Assembly (NCBI GenBank): GCA_024137785.1
Contig: JAHRHZ010000051.1
Coordinates: 12,012,824-12,076,823, forward strand
DNA from: Ginglymostoma cirratum
Lineage: Eukaryota
Length of the DNA stretch: 64,000 nt
Reading direction: 5' to 3'
This document shows, piece by piece, positions 25,691-37,703 of the stretch (position 1 is the first letter of the stretch; each line of letters opens with the position of its first letter). The translations under genes were made by a program, and so were the position numbers. Below the pieces are notes generated by a model. It did no database searches, was not told the DNA's origin, and saw only the letters and a program-made list of their open reading frames with translations.

Positions 25691-27642
25691 CATACATTTC
25701 CAGCAGGGGTCACTGAATAGCCATTAGCAGCACCAATCCCGACTGTTTCCCCCCACCCCACTCATCAATCTCAGGACATTGGTCCCATCCCCAGTTTTCA
25801 AGTTCTTCTTGGCTCGGCACATACAGAGGATTGAACCGGGTCAACCAGGGTTTGTGTGATTCAGCAAACTACCAGGAAATGCATTTATCAATTATATGTC
25901 AGACTCCGAAGGATTGCAACAGAACAACACTGCATCAGAATGCAGTAGTGGGTGGAAGCTCTAACATCTGACCATACAGCGTCTCCCATCTCTTCCAAGC
26001 TCTCCTCATACTGTGGCTGGTTGACCCATATCTGTCATGGTGCCTTGTCCATAAGTGAACATCGATAACGAGATTTCACAGCTGTTGAACGCAAAGTTTG
26101 AGAATCACAGTTGATACAGCCAAATAAAGAAATAGCAGGAAGCAATAGACAAGAATCAAGAGCGGGAAAGAGAGAGAGAATTTGGCAGTCAGCTAGAAGG
26201 GCTTAGCTCAATCATCATGGGGAAGGGGCTGAACCTGCAATCTTGCTGCTCTGAATAGCTCAGGAGTGTACTACTACGACTCTTTGTCTCTCAAGTGCAC
26301 TGACTGAGATTTTTTGAAAGCAGTTCGACATCATTAAACCATAGCGTTTTATGATTTTATCTCATCAGACAACACAAGGCAGCAGTGTTCCCAGATGGAA
26401 ATTGAAAATTCCTCTGATAGTGTGAGGCTTGCACTAATCCAATAGAACAGAAGGATTTCGCAAAACCTCTGAACAGCAAAGCATCCCATTCAATTGAAGG
26501 TTGCTTAAACCAGGCATACATCACTAATCAGTTTACTGATATGCCCTTATGAAAGAGGTCAGCCACAATAAAGCTAGCAGCTCGAATTGTGGTGCATTCT
26601 GGCTCATTCTGTCTGTTCCTCAGTTTTCACTGGCTGGCCAAGTAACCCAAGAGGGAATACTGCTCTGCCTCCAAATTGACCCTTCCCTTCTTCCAGGGCA
26701 GCCGAGCAGGAGCAGCAGAGTTAATGAGAATGCTACGTATAGCAACAACACAAACCCCAGAGAGAATGACGGTGACTGGGCGCTTCCTTCGTCAATCATT
26801 GCTTTTAAGAGACTGACTTCACCCCTTCCATTACGTAACTGTCCTGCACTCACTGTATTAATCTGCAGACGTAATCTGGTTATAATCTGGAGACTGTCTG
26901 CCCTACTTTTCATAATGAGAATGGAGACTCGCGCAAATTAAAACCACATTCCTGCCCTGCCTCCAACTCATTGGCTGATAAAGTGGCATCGATAATAGCA
27001 CAACCAACAGCTGTCAGTTAGTTGACAGCATGGATCTGCTGGTCAGTGGTCAAAGGAAGTGTTCAGTGTTAGTGACAGTACCACACAGTGTCAGCCTCAA
27101 ACATGCCCAAGCAATGGAGCTGGCTGCTGGGTATTCCGTGCTGTTGTCTCAAAGACCTTTATTAAATCTAATCCCCAACAATACCCTCTACTTTCCTACA
27201 CAAAACCACTGCTGTCATCTCTGACCAACACTGGACCAGTCTTACTGAAGACCTTACAAACATTTCCTGTGGCACACCTTTGAGCCACGTAATGCAGGCG
27301 AAACCTAGCCCCTCTGTAATGACCATTCCCTTTGGCCAATACTTATGTGAACAATGGCCAGTAGTGTTTCTCACTGTCAAGTTAGTTTGAAGGTTATTAT
27401 CTCTACAATAATGCCCGACTCTCGTGACCCACCCTGCACAGTATCACTGGATTTTGTATGTGAAAGTTCAACTTTTTATACTGGCAAATGGATGGTCCTT
27501 TGTTTCATCCCCTCCCTCCTGTGTCATTATGGTCCAATAATGTGGACATAATAACGGATACCTGTGTGGAAACAGTCTTCGAAATCTGTGTAATTTTACT
27601 ACGGTTTTAAAAGCCAGCTTACTCAAGGTCAGATTTTTTATT

Positions 27643-28006
27643 AGATAACACGATGTAGAGCTGGATGAACACAGCAGGCCAAGCAGCATCAGAGGAGCAG
27701 GATGGCTGACGTTTNNNNNNNNNNNNNNNNNNNNNNNNNNNNNNNNNNNNNNNNNNNNNNNNNNNNNNNNNNNNNNNNNNNNNNNNNNNNNNNNNNNNNN
27801 NNNNNNNNNNNNNNAACACAGCAGGCCAAGCAGCATCAGAGGAGCAGGATGGCTGACGTTTTGGGCCTGGACCCTTTTTCAGAAGAAGGGTCTAGGCCTG
27901 AAACGTCAGCCATCCTGCTCCTCTGATGCTGCTTGGCCTGCTGTGTTCATCCAGCTCTACACCGTGTTACCTCAGATTCTCCAGCATCTGCAGTTCCTAC
28001 TATCTC
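27643..28006. mobile_element. Palindromic non-autonomous PLE insertion (contains 100-N gap)
   Basis: Inverted arms meet at cccttttt-c-agaagaaggg (~27880); tail on right arm; imperfect TSD tcagatttttt at 27629 and 28005. Confidence 0.82.
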
Positions 28007-28173
28007 AGATTTTTTTTAATTGTATCAACACGTCGAAAATTCGGAAGTTGGTTAAAAGTTTTCAATATCCTTCCAAAGACCTGCCTTGTGCATTCAGAGT
28101 ATGGAGCTACTTCTGATCTGATTCTGACTATATTGGAGCCTTTAATTACACAGCAGTAAAAGAACCCAGAAGA

Positions 28174-28425
28174 AAGAACTTGCGTTTATATAGCGTCTTC
28201 TCTGACCTCAAGCCATCCTGAAGAGTTTCACAGCCAATTAAGCGCCCTTTGAAGTGCAGCCATTGTTGTAATGTAGGAAACGCAACAGCCAATTTATGAC
28301 CAGCAAGGTTCCACAGGCAGCAATTTGATAATTACCAGATAATCTGTTGGTTGAATAGCTGCTGCTGTTCAGTTTTGCAATGAACCGGAGAACCCCCTCT
28401 AGTGCGGCACTGAGATTTTGCATTA
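28174..28425 (-). mobile_element. DeuSINE 3' fragment
   Basis: aacttgcgtttatatagcg...gaagtgcagccattgttgtaatgtaggaaacgcaacagccaattt, antisense of 18050-18193. Confidence 0.75.
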
Positions 28426-29416
28426 AACACTCAACTGTTCAATGCATCTCCCTGAAATCTGTTAATTATAATTCTTTTTAACTATTTAAATATCGGAATG
28501 AGAAATGCGACATTTGTGACATTCAGCACTCACTGTAATTCAGGAAGACATAAAGGTTACTAGTTGTTAAGTATAAAGTTTGCATATTTATTGAAGAAAT
28601 GTGCCTCCACTAAAATTTTGCTGTGTGGAACTGGAACGTCAGAGGAGGAGATTTAGAAAGCAAGCTGGAAGCAATTCGGGACTTTCATTGCTTTCAACTG
28701 TCAAATGACAGACAGCCTTTCTGGGTTACAATAGCAGCCACATTCAATCTGCATGAAAAAAGCCTTCCTTTCCGAATGAAAGAAAAAGAACAAAATAAAC
28801 AAGACGTTCCCCTCGTTTAGCAACTTTCCACCAGATGATTAATCAAATTTCAGGGCATCTGCTAAAAATTCAGAGAAGATCTCTATCTATATTGCATGTA
28901 GCCTTATCAGACAGAGAGCATCCCTGTGTGAAACATGGGGTCTAACTGCACTATGACCACTTTGCACACTAACTGCATGCAGATGGACAATTAGGTTCTT
29001 TTCTTGTGTTGACAAATCAGTAAAAGTAGTTTTGGAGGTCCAACAGCTCATGGAAGGTGCTAGAAAGACGCTGACTGACAACTGCTCAGCGCTTTTACTT
29101 GGCTGCAGAAACACACAGTCAACATTCCCACTCAATTTACTAGACAAAGCAACATCAGGTACTTGGGAGGGGTCCACTTTTGACTCAACGACTGCTGTTG
29201 TTTTAACTCCAAAAGGAAACCATTACAGATTGGTATAAAGATAGCACTAATGTTTGCTCCATTAGAAATCTAGGCCTTGGCAGTGAGGGTAAGATGGTCA
29301 GAGTGGAATGAGACTTTCTGGAAGGGAAAACGTGCACATGCATGCAGTAATTATGGTTCTAGCTGGGATCTGCAACAGTATCCTGGACAGTGATCCTGTA
29401 ATGTTAACAATCATTA

Positions 29417-29947
29417 GTGTGTTCAATTCTGGTCTCTGTGTTAGAGGAAAGATGCTGTTAAACTTGAAAGGGTGCAGAAAAAATTTACAGGAATGTTGCT
29501 GGGATTGGAGGGTTGAGTTACAGGGAAAGGCTTAATAGGCTGCGGCTATTTTCCCTGGAGGTCAGAGGCTGAGGGGTGACCTTCTGGAGGTTTATAAAAT
29601 CATGAGGGGCATGGTTAGGGTGAATAGATACAGTCTTTTCCCTGGGGTAGGGGAGACCAGAACTAGTGGGCAAAGTTTTAAGGTAAGAGGGGAAACTTAT
29701 AAAAGGAAACTGGGGGATCTTTTTCACGCAAAGGGTGGTGCGTATATGGAATGAGCTACCAGAGGTGGTGGTGGAGGCTGGTACAATTACAACATTTAAA
29801 AGGCATCTGGACGGGTACATAAACAGGAACCGTTTAGAAGGACCTGGGCCGAATGCTGGCAAATGGAACAGATTAATTTAGGATATTTGGTCGGTATGGA
29901 TGAGTTGGACTGAAGGGTCTGTTTCTGTGCAGTACAATTCTATGACT
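29417..29947 (+). mobile_element. CR1-clade LINE (HER1-like) 3' fragment
   Basis: aaacttgaaagggtgcagaaaaaatttacagg...ctgaggggtgaccttctggaggtttataaaatcatgaggggc...ttctatgactc. Confidence 0.92.
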
Positions 29948-29959
29948 CAACTAACCAAT

Positions 29960-30328
29960 TGACCTACATTTCAAAAACACTTTTCATAACCTCAGGACAT
30001 CCCCAAGTGCATTACTGCGAAATAAGCACTTTTGAACTGCAGTCACTGTTGTCATACAGGAAGCATTGCAGCCAATGAGCCCACAGCAAGCTCCCACACA
30101 GTAACAGGAGTAATGGCTGGATCGCCTGTTTTTGTGATGCTGGATGAAGAGACAGATATTGGCCAGGAGCTGCCGGCAACGGCTGTACCCACTGCCCATC
30201 CAGCACAGCCTCAGCAGTGAAGTGGCATGTCAGCCGTGGTTATATACTCAAGTCCTTGGAATGAGATTTGAACTCTCAGCCTCCTGACTCAGAGGTGAGA
30301 GTGTTACCCACTAGACCACAGAGCTGAC
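29960..30328 (-). mobile_element. DeuSINE
   Basis: Antisense tail and Deu domain (cacagcaagctcccacacag) plus tRNA head (tttgaactc...ctgactcagaggtgagagtgttacccactagaccac). Confidence 0.75.
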
Positions 30329-30787
30329 AGTAAAAGTCAAAAACCCTCCCACCATTGTCAAATGAACAGAGGGCCACTGGGGAACAGTTTGAAACCGACA
30401 GAGAACAACCACCCAACTAAAAATTGCCTTCGGTTGGATTCTTGACCCAGAATGTCTCAGTGACCACACCCCCCATCCCCGCCCCTCCATTTAACTGCTT
30501 ACATCTGAAATCATCAGATGAGCACTGGGAAATCTGTACCAGGAGGTAAATGATGTCAAAATCAGCCTCAGGAAATAAGTGGGAGGGAGGAGAATAAAAC
30601 TCTCACCCTACCCAGGATCAGCTGAGAAACAGGTGAGATGATAATATTCATTGGATAAAATTAGCATGAGGAATATGGAACAGAGGAATTAAACCAGTCG
30701 TGTACCCCAGTTAAGCCAAGTATGGGAGCATTCAACTCACTCAGCTCTGGCTCAATTGAGTGTCAGGTTATGTCTCACACACAGTTT

Positions 30788-31038
30788 AGAGTCATACAGC
30801 ACAGAAACAGACACTTTGGTCCAACCAGTCCATACCGAACATAGTCTCAAACTAAACTAGCCCCGCCTGCCTGCTCCTGGCCCATATCCCTTCAAACCTT
30901 TCCTATTCATGCACTTATCTAAGTGTCTTTTAAACACTGTAACTGTGCCTGCATCCACCACTTCCTCAGGAAGTTCATTTCACATACAAACCACCCTCTG
31001 TAAAAAATTTGCCTCTCATGCCTTTTTTTTAAAATCTC
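30788..31038 (-). mobile_element. CR1/HER1 3' fragment
   Basis: agagtcatacagcacagaaacagac...cccatatcccttcaaacctttcctattcatg, same family as 2127-2615. Confidence 0.88.
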
Positions 31039-31401
31039 GCTCATGATACCATCGTTGTCATGGCATGTGATCAGCATGGGCACTCCATCACTTAAAACGT
31101 GGCACATTAATGAAAGCACGCCCTTCTGTTGAAATTGAATAAGTTCACGATAGCTCAGTCACAAGCGTGCCTCTGAATGTAGCATTTGCATTTATAAGGA
31201 ATTTTAACAAGCATCTGTTGGGTCTTTCTGTACCATTCTATCATTGCACTTGTTTTCTTATGGTATGAGGGGCTGACAAAAAACATTGTTGCGTCAGGGA
31301 AAGATACCCTGCTGGAGGCCAAACCCAAATATTGGAAATGCCTCTGAATCACATAGTTCCAAGTTCAAACCCCTCCCTAGGGCTCAATGGCAAAATCAAG
31401 G

Positions 31402-31527
31402 TTGGGGGTGCTCTTGTGGGGCAGTGGTAGTGTCCCTTTGAGCCAGGAAGCCTGGGTTCAATTCCCACCTACTCCAGAGCCACGTAATAACATCCCTGAA
31501 CAGGTTGCTTAGAAAAACAAAAATTGA
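31402..31527 (+). mobile_element. Short tRNA-derived SINE with 10-bp TSD
   Basis: A box (gggcagtggtagtg), B box (ggttcaattccc), A-rich tail; TSD aaaatcaagg at 31392-31401 and 31528-31537. Confidence 0.8.
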
Positions 31528-31626
31528 AAAATCAAGGCTGACATTCCAGCACAGTGCTAAGTCAGCGAGACATTAAACTGAGGCCTTGTATATAAAAGAA
31601 AATCCCGCGGCACTATTTTGATGAAG

Positions 31627-31963
31627 AGCAGGATTACGGTGGCTCAGTAGCTGGCACTGCTGCGTTTCAGGGCCAGGGACCCAGGTTCGATTCCAGCCTT
31701 GGGTGACTGTCACTAAGCGGAGCTTGCACATTCTCCTCGTATCTGCGTGGATGTCCTCTGGGTGCTCTGGTTTCCTCCCCCAGTACAAAGATGTGCAGGT
31801 TAGATTGGCCGTACTAAATTACCCATAGTGTCCAGTGAATTAGCCATGAGGAATGCAAAGTTAGAGGGACTGGGGAGGGGGAGGGAGTAGGTCAGGGTGC
31901 AATGTTGTTCGGAGGGTCATTGTGCACTCAATGGGCCGAATGGCCTGCTTCCACACCCTATTC
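31627..31963 (+). mobile_element. HE1-type SINE, full length
   Basis: cggtggctcagt...ccagggacccaggttcgattccagccttgggtgactg...gggccgaatggcctgcttccacac. Confidence 0.88.
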
Positions 31964-33814
31964 CTAGCCAACATCTATCCCTCCATCATCAAAAGCAAAA
32001 ATAGATTAGCTGGTCACCATCATATTGCTGTTTGCGAGAACTTTCAGTGTATAAAATAGCTGTTGTGTTTTCTACATTTCAATAGTGACTGTACTTTAAA
32101 CTTCGTCCATTGGAACATCTGCCGGTCATGGGAAGTTCACGATAACTGCATTATCTTTTCTCTCATTTGCTAGGTAGTTGGTGCAAAGTGAGCAACCAGG
32201 CAGAGCTTCGGATCACAATCTATTGAACCCTCCTGGAGCAGGCGCATGCTGAAGTGAAAATGAGGAACACGCACAACTGGATCACAGAATGGGGTTAGCT
32301 CGCTCGGCGGCAGTGAACACTCAGGCCGGAGCACACTTTATGCGCAGCCCACAGTGAGAACCGGACCTCACTAAAAAAAAACGAAAAAAGGCGGATGCCA
32401 GCACTGAAGGATCACCCTGACCTCACCACGCCTGGCTCAGAATCCAGTGACACAAATTAGCTCCCACTTGATAAGATCTCGTCGACGGGGCCCATATATC
32501 TTGCTAAAATTAGGCCCTTGCTACAGGAGGCATAAGAGGTCAGGCTGCCTCGAAGCTTGAAGCTATCTCGGCTCAAGCTATCCAAGTCACGGCTCCAAAG
32601 TGAACCAGACCTGCCTTATGAGCGAGTTTAGAAAACCACTGAAGTAGTTTTGTGTCAAATGGCAAACGGTGGAATTAGTGAGCAAATTCCCTCTACTTCT
32701 GAAGTTGTCACCTGCAGAATGCAACCTACATGTGACCTCACGAGTTGGATTTGAATGCTTTCCTTGCATGAAATGAATTGCTGTGCATTCGTTCAGCTGT
32801 CACACCCTCGTGCTCACACGATTTGGTCCCATCTGAGAATGCCACGTCTGTGCAATTCTCAGGCTGAATTTTCCCAGCTCAATAGCAACAGGCTGGGAGC
32901 TGGCAGAAGCTGGTATTGTGGTGGGACAAGGTTTCAGGAGGGGAATGCAGTTCCCTCCAGCTGGCATGACATGTACCTGCACAGTCAGGCGGGGCAATTA
33001 ATTGCCCCAATTAGGGGGTACTTGTCATTGCTTTCTCTCCATGCAGCAGCCTCATTGACTGTCCAAGTGAGGTCTGACTGGGCTGGCAGCAGAGGTGGGA
33101 GAGTCTCTTAACTGGTCTCTTAACTGCAAGTCCCTGGAAAAACTGGACCTCTGGATTCCACAGTCTACTAGATAATATTTTGTTTTTGAACGAGACATAA
33201 GCACACAAGGCTACAGATTGGGTTTTAATAATTTGGTTTTTTGCCCACCCAAGAAATAGAAGTAAAATAAGCTATTTAAATAGAACAGTTCCAAAGACTT
33301 CAAAACACACAGGGAAAAAAAACCCATCTATTCCCCAACACCATCACTTTACGGTTAATCAACATCCGAATATTCTTTCCCTGGCCAATCTGTAGGATTG
33401 AATTCAAAGCTTCTCTCAGTTCCTCTTGTGTGAGCTATGAGGCCTTTTTCCTCATTTACTCTCAGAGCTGAGAGCTTAGATTTTCTCAGTCTTTTAATGA
33501 TATGCAGACTTCAGCTCATGCATTTCTGGTTCACAAACTAAAATCTTTCATTGAACTAACTTGTTTCCATAACTGCTTGGAACAATCGTGTTTTACACAG
33601 CGGAAACTATATTTGCATCTGACTACAGTCAGGTAATTTTCGAACTAGTCAAAAGATTTTGATCTAATTTAAAAAAAACACTTGCTTGTCCAAACTTCTG
33701 CTAAACTAATGGCTTAACAATTTCTCTGTCTGGTCACAAACTCTCATAGTACACACAAACTTCCAACAATACTTCAGCTGGTTTTAAGTTATGACTGTGG
33801 GAAGACTGCTAGGC

Positions 33815-34862
33815 CAAAACTGCAGAAAGCTGCAACACAAAACAACTTGGGGGCACTTGGGCACAAAACACAGGAAGCTAGCATACAGAAGCAGCAGGTA
33901 ATCAGGAAGGCTAATGGAATGTTGGCCCTTATTTCAAGGGGGTTGAACCATAACAGTAGGGAGGTTCTACTACAGGAGGCAGCACGGTGGCTTAGTGGTT
34001 CGCACTGCTGCCTCACAATGCTAGGGGATCCAGGTTCGATTCCACCTTTGGGTGACTGTGTGGAGTTTGCACATTCACCTCATGTCTGTGCGGGTTTCCT
34101 CCAGGGGCTCTAGTTTCCTCCGACAAAGATTTGCAGGTTAAGGTGGACTGGCAGTGCTAAACTGCCCATAGTGCTCAGTGATATGCAGGATAGTTGAGTC
34201 GGCCATGGGAAATGCAGGGATATAGGGGTGGGCCTGGGTGGGATGCTCTTCAGAGGGTCTGTGTGAATTTGATGGGTTGAATGGTCTGCTCCCACACTCT
34301 CGGGATTCTATGAACTGTACAAGGTGCTGGTGAGATCATATCCGAAGGACTCAGAGCGGTTTTTGGTTCCCTCATTTAAGAAAAGATATCATTTCGTCAG
34401 GGGCTGTTCAGAGAAGATTCACAAGGGTGAAAGGAGGGATTGTCTTAGGAGCAAAGGCTAAACAGATTTTGGACTCTACTCACTGAAATGTAGAAGAATG
34501 AGAGGTGATCTCATTGAAATTTTTAGGATTCTTAAAGAGCTTCACAGGGTAAATGCTGAGAGGATGTTTCTCCTCATGGGAGAGTCTAGGCTCAGAAGGC
34601 ACAGTTGCAGAATTAAGGGGAGCCAATTTAAGAATGAGATGAGGAGGAATTTCTTCTATCACAGGATTGAGAGCCTTTGGGTCTCTATGCCACAGAGAGC
34701 TGCGGGGGACAGGGTCCTTGTGTATATTTAAGGCTGAGATTGATTCTACTATTGAAGAAGAATCAAAGGTTATGGGGAAAGGAGATGCAAGTAGACATGA
34801 GGAGTGTGGGATCATACATGATTCTACTGAATGGCTTACACCTATTTCTTATGGTCTTATGG
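33815..34862 (+). mobile_element. CR1 LINE 3' fragment interrupted by an HE1 SINE
   Basis: ORFs give QQVIRKANGMLALISRGL..SREVLLQ and MRGDLIEIFRILKELHRVNAERMF, both CR1 ORF2. Confidence 0.9.
33975..34311 (+). mobile_element. HE1-type SINE, full length
   Basis: ggcagcacggtggcttagtggtt...ggttcgattcc...tttgcacattc...gggattctatg. Confidence 0.9.
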
Positions 34863-36249
34863 ACGTAGTTAATCTTTAAACACCTTCAAAAAAGTACTAC
34901 AACATCCATACGCCACTAGTTTTAAATCCAAACTCTTCAAAAAATGTTATATTTATAGAAATCACACCTTTCACCACAGTTTGACAACTTTCCTTTGGAC
35001 GTCCTTTGGGATGTTTTACAACATTAAAGGTGCTACATAAATGCAAGTTGTCACGGTGGGCGATGATATTGTTGACAATAATAAGACCAGGAATAACAGC
35101 CATTCATTACAATGTTACTTTGACAGCACTGACTGTCACTGGCACATCTCCACTTACTGAAATTCTCTCCAAGAACAATGAAACAGAGCCATCAACGTTT
35201 CTGCACTGACCACCCAATAAGAAACAAGCCCAAGTAGGAATGGTGACTTTTAAGTGTAAAATAAATCTGGTCTTGAATGATCATGAAAAATAGATGACTT
35301 CAGGCAGCTTCCCATTAAACGCCTTTCTTCAGTGAAGTCAAAAGAAACTGAGAAGAGTTTATAGGGGCTCAGCTGCTGTCAAGTTTTGTATTATCACCTC
35401 AACATAAAATTACCCCTGTTCAATCAATTAAAAAGTTACCTACAATATGAGAAGCTGCAGGAAAATTTTCACACTCCTCGGGGAAGATTTCACATCATCT
35501 GAGAGAAATTGAAAAAATCCTCACTCCTGGGTTTTACGGCTCGATGTTCACATTAGGCAGGACTGTCATCGCACCCTCTCGCACCAACTTGTTAACATAA
35601 ACAAGACAAGAATGTAGCCTTGCCGGTGTTATTTTGTCAGTTTGCGCAAATCTATTACAAACTAGCTCCTGACAATGAGATTAGTCTGGCTTCCGCAGGT
35701 GTGAAGCGGACTTGTTTATACACCCTGTTTGAACAGAACATGCTAAAGGAAACTAGTTTTAGCTGCTAGTGTATAACAGTATCATCTGGCGTGCTACAAA
35801 AGATCCACACACCAGGCAGGTGTCCTCAGTGTGGGAGAAGTGGCCTTGGCACTCTGGTCAGCCTCACTGAGCCTGGGCTAGAGTGAAAACAGGTTCACAG
35901 CACCGTGCACTCAACAGCAACAGATGGTGGAAGTTTCCGCAGAATCAAAATCACTGAGGCAGAGTTTGACAGCACTCAGGCCACCTCAGCCCAACAGTCC
36001 CCCACCAGCTTTCATCCAACTGATCAAAACTAATTTGAGCAATACATCTACGGCTGGGATGCCTTCCAGGATCGAACTGCCTGTCAATCTTCAATGTCCA
36101 ACGTGGTTGTTTTGGATGAGATTCTCTCAACACAGGGATGGAGACAGAGCCAGGTGGGCCTCAGCACCCAAGGTCGGGGTGGAGATGTGGATAAAATTGT
36201 AGGGAGCCTTGTCTAAAGGTTGCTTGGCTTGCCGAACTGGTTTGCTGTT

Positions 36250-36293
36250 CCGCAGACGTTTTGTTACCGTGCTTGGTAACATCCTCAGTGCAG
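36250..36293 (-). ncRNA. Minimal type I hammerhead motif in PLE 3' end (G12 mutated to A)
   Basis: cugca-CUGAGGA-u-guuacc-aagcac-gguaac-AAAA-cguc-ugcgg: 5-bp stem I, 6-bp stem II, ACGU palindrome. Confidence 0.7.
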
Positions 36294-37160
36294 CCTCTGA
36301 TGAAGCATCGATGTGTTTTCCCGCCTGGTTTTTAAACTCTGGGGTCCGTTGCGATGGATTGCCTCACTTCCAGGTTTCCTCTGCAGTGGAATGTATATGG
36401 GGTCGAGTTCAATGTGTTTATTAATAGCCTGCTTCGTGGAGTGCCACGCTTCCAGGAATTCTCGTGCTTGTCTATGCCTAGCCTGTCCCAGGATCTTGGT
36501 CTTGTCCCAGTCGAAGTCGTAGTTCTCCTTGTCCATGTGGATTGAGATGAGTGAATATTGGTCGTGTGTTTTTGTAGCCAGTTGGTGTTCATGTACTCTT
36601 GTTAGTTTCCTTCCTGTTTGTCCGATGTAGTGCTTCTTGCAGGCTCTGTGTAGAATCTTTCTGATGCTGTTCCTGTAGGCATCTCCTGATCCAGTTCTTT
36701 GGATATCCATTATCCTTGAACACTTGGAAGAGGTATTCCTTCTCCTCTTGGCGTAGTTCCATGTTGCTGCAGTGTGTTGTTGCCCTTTTAAATAGTGTTC
36801 ACACGCAGCTTCGTTTCTGTGTGCTGGGATGGTTATTATTGAAGTTCAATACCTGGTCTGTGTGTGTGGCTTTTCGGTGTTCTTTCGTTTGCAGTTCCCC
36901 ATTTGTCTTGTGCTCTACCATGACGTCCAGGAATGGGAGTTGTTTGTTCTTCTCCTCCTCTCTGGTGAATTTTATTCCGGTGAGGGTGTTGTTTATGAGT
37001 TTGTGTCTCTCTTCTAATTTGGTCCGTTTAATGATGACAAAGGTGTCGTCTACGTAGCGTATCCATAGTTTAGGATGGATTTGCGGAAGGGAAGTCCTTT
37101 GCAGTCTTCGCATCACTGCTTCTGCTTTGAGTCCAGAGATAGGCGATCCCATGGGGATCC
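36285..37160 (-). pseudogene. Penelope-type reverse transcriptase C-terminal part + GIY-YIG endonuclease, disrupted
   Basis: PMGSPISG...KLWIRYVDDTFVI...IKFTREEE..QLPFLDV..RKATHTD..LNF..NHP; in-frame TGA at 36799; KHYIGQTGRKL..RVHEH..FDWDKTKIL..REFLEAWH..IN. Confidence 0.92.
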
Positions 37161-37585
37161 AACAACACACTGCAGCAACATGGAACTACGCCAAGAGGAG
37201 GAGGAATACCTCTTCCAAGTGTTCAAGGATAATGGATATCCAAAGAACTAGGTCAGGAGATGCCTACAGGAACAGCATCAGAAAGATTCTACACGCCCCG
37301 ACAGAGACTGCGAGAAACACTACATCAGACAAACAGGAAGGAAACTAACAACAAGAGTACATGAACACCAACTGGCTACAAAAACACACGACCAATACTC
37401 ACTCATCTCAATCAACATGGACAAGGAGAACCACAACTTTGACTGGGACAACACCAAGATCCTGGGACAGGCTAGGCATAGACAAGCACGAGAATTCCTG
37501 GAAGCATGTCACTCTATGAAGCAGGCTATTAATAAACACATTGAACTCGATCCCATATACATTCCACTGCGGAGGAAACCCTGAA
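37160..37585 (+). pseudogene. Second (inverted) copy of the PLE RT tail/GIY-YIG coding region
   Basis: Reverse complement of 36370-36782 with scattered substitutions and an 8-nt indel. Confidence 0.9.
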
Positions 37586-37659
37586 GTGAGGCAATCCATC
37601 GCAACGGACCCCTGAGTTTAAAAGCCAGGCGGGAAAACACACCGACGCTTCATCAGAGG

Positions 37660-37703
37660 CTGCACTGAGGATGTTACCAAGCACGGTAATGAAACATGTG
37701 CGG
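37660..37703 (+). ncRNA. Minimal type I hammerhead motif in PLE 3' end (cleavage triplet mutated)
   Basis: cugca-CUGAGGA-u-guuacc-aagcac-gguaau-GAAA-caug-ugcgg. Confidence 0.65.

Larger units (their letters stand above)
31340..32155 (+). mobile_element. DeuSINE carrying two nested SINE insertions
   Basis: Head at 31340, body resumes 31528-31626 and 31964-32155 (ctggtcaccatcatattgctgtttg). Confidence 0.65.

Noticed and set aside
26549-26941. 130-aa ORF with an overlapping antisense 97-aa ORF
   Set aside because: No recognisable domain or convincing splice context; length compatible with chance
31402-34060. tRNA-like A/B-box sequences as tRNA genes
   Set aside because: They are SINE heads continuing into SINE bodies; no complete cloverleaf
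36298-36325. Second CUGAUGA box on the strand opposite the PLE hammerhead
   Set aside because: No stem II followed by GAAA downstream in either arm, so not a hammerhead
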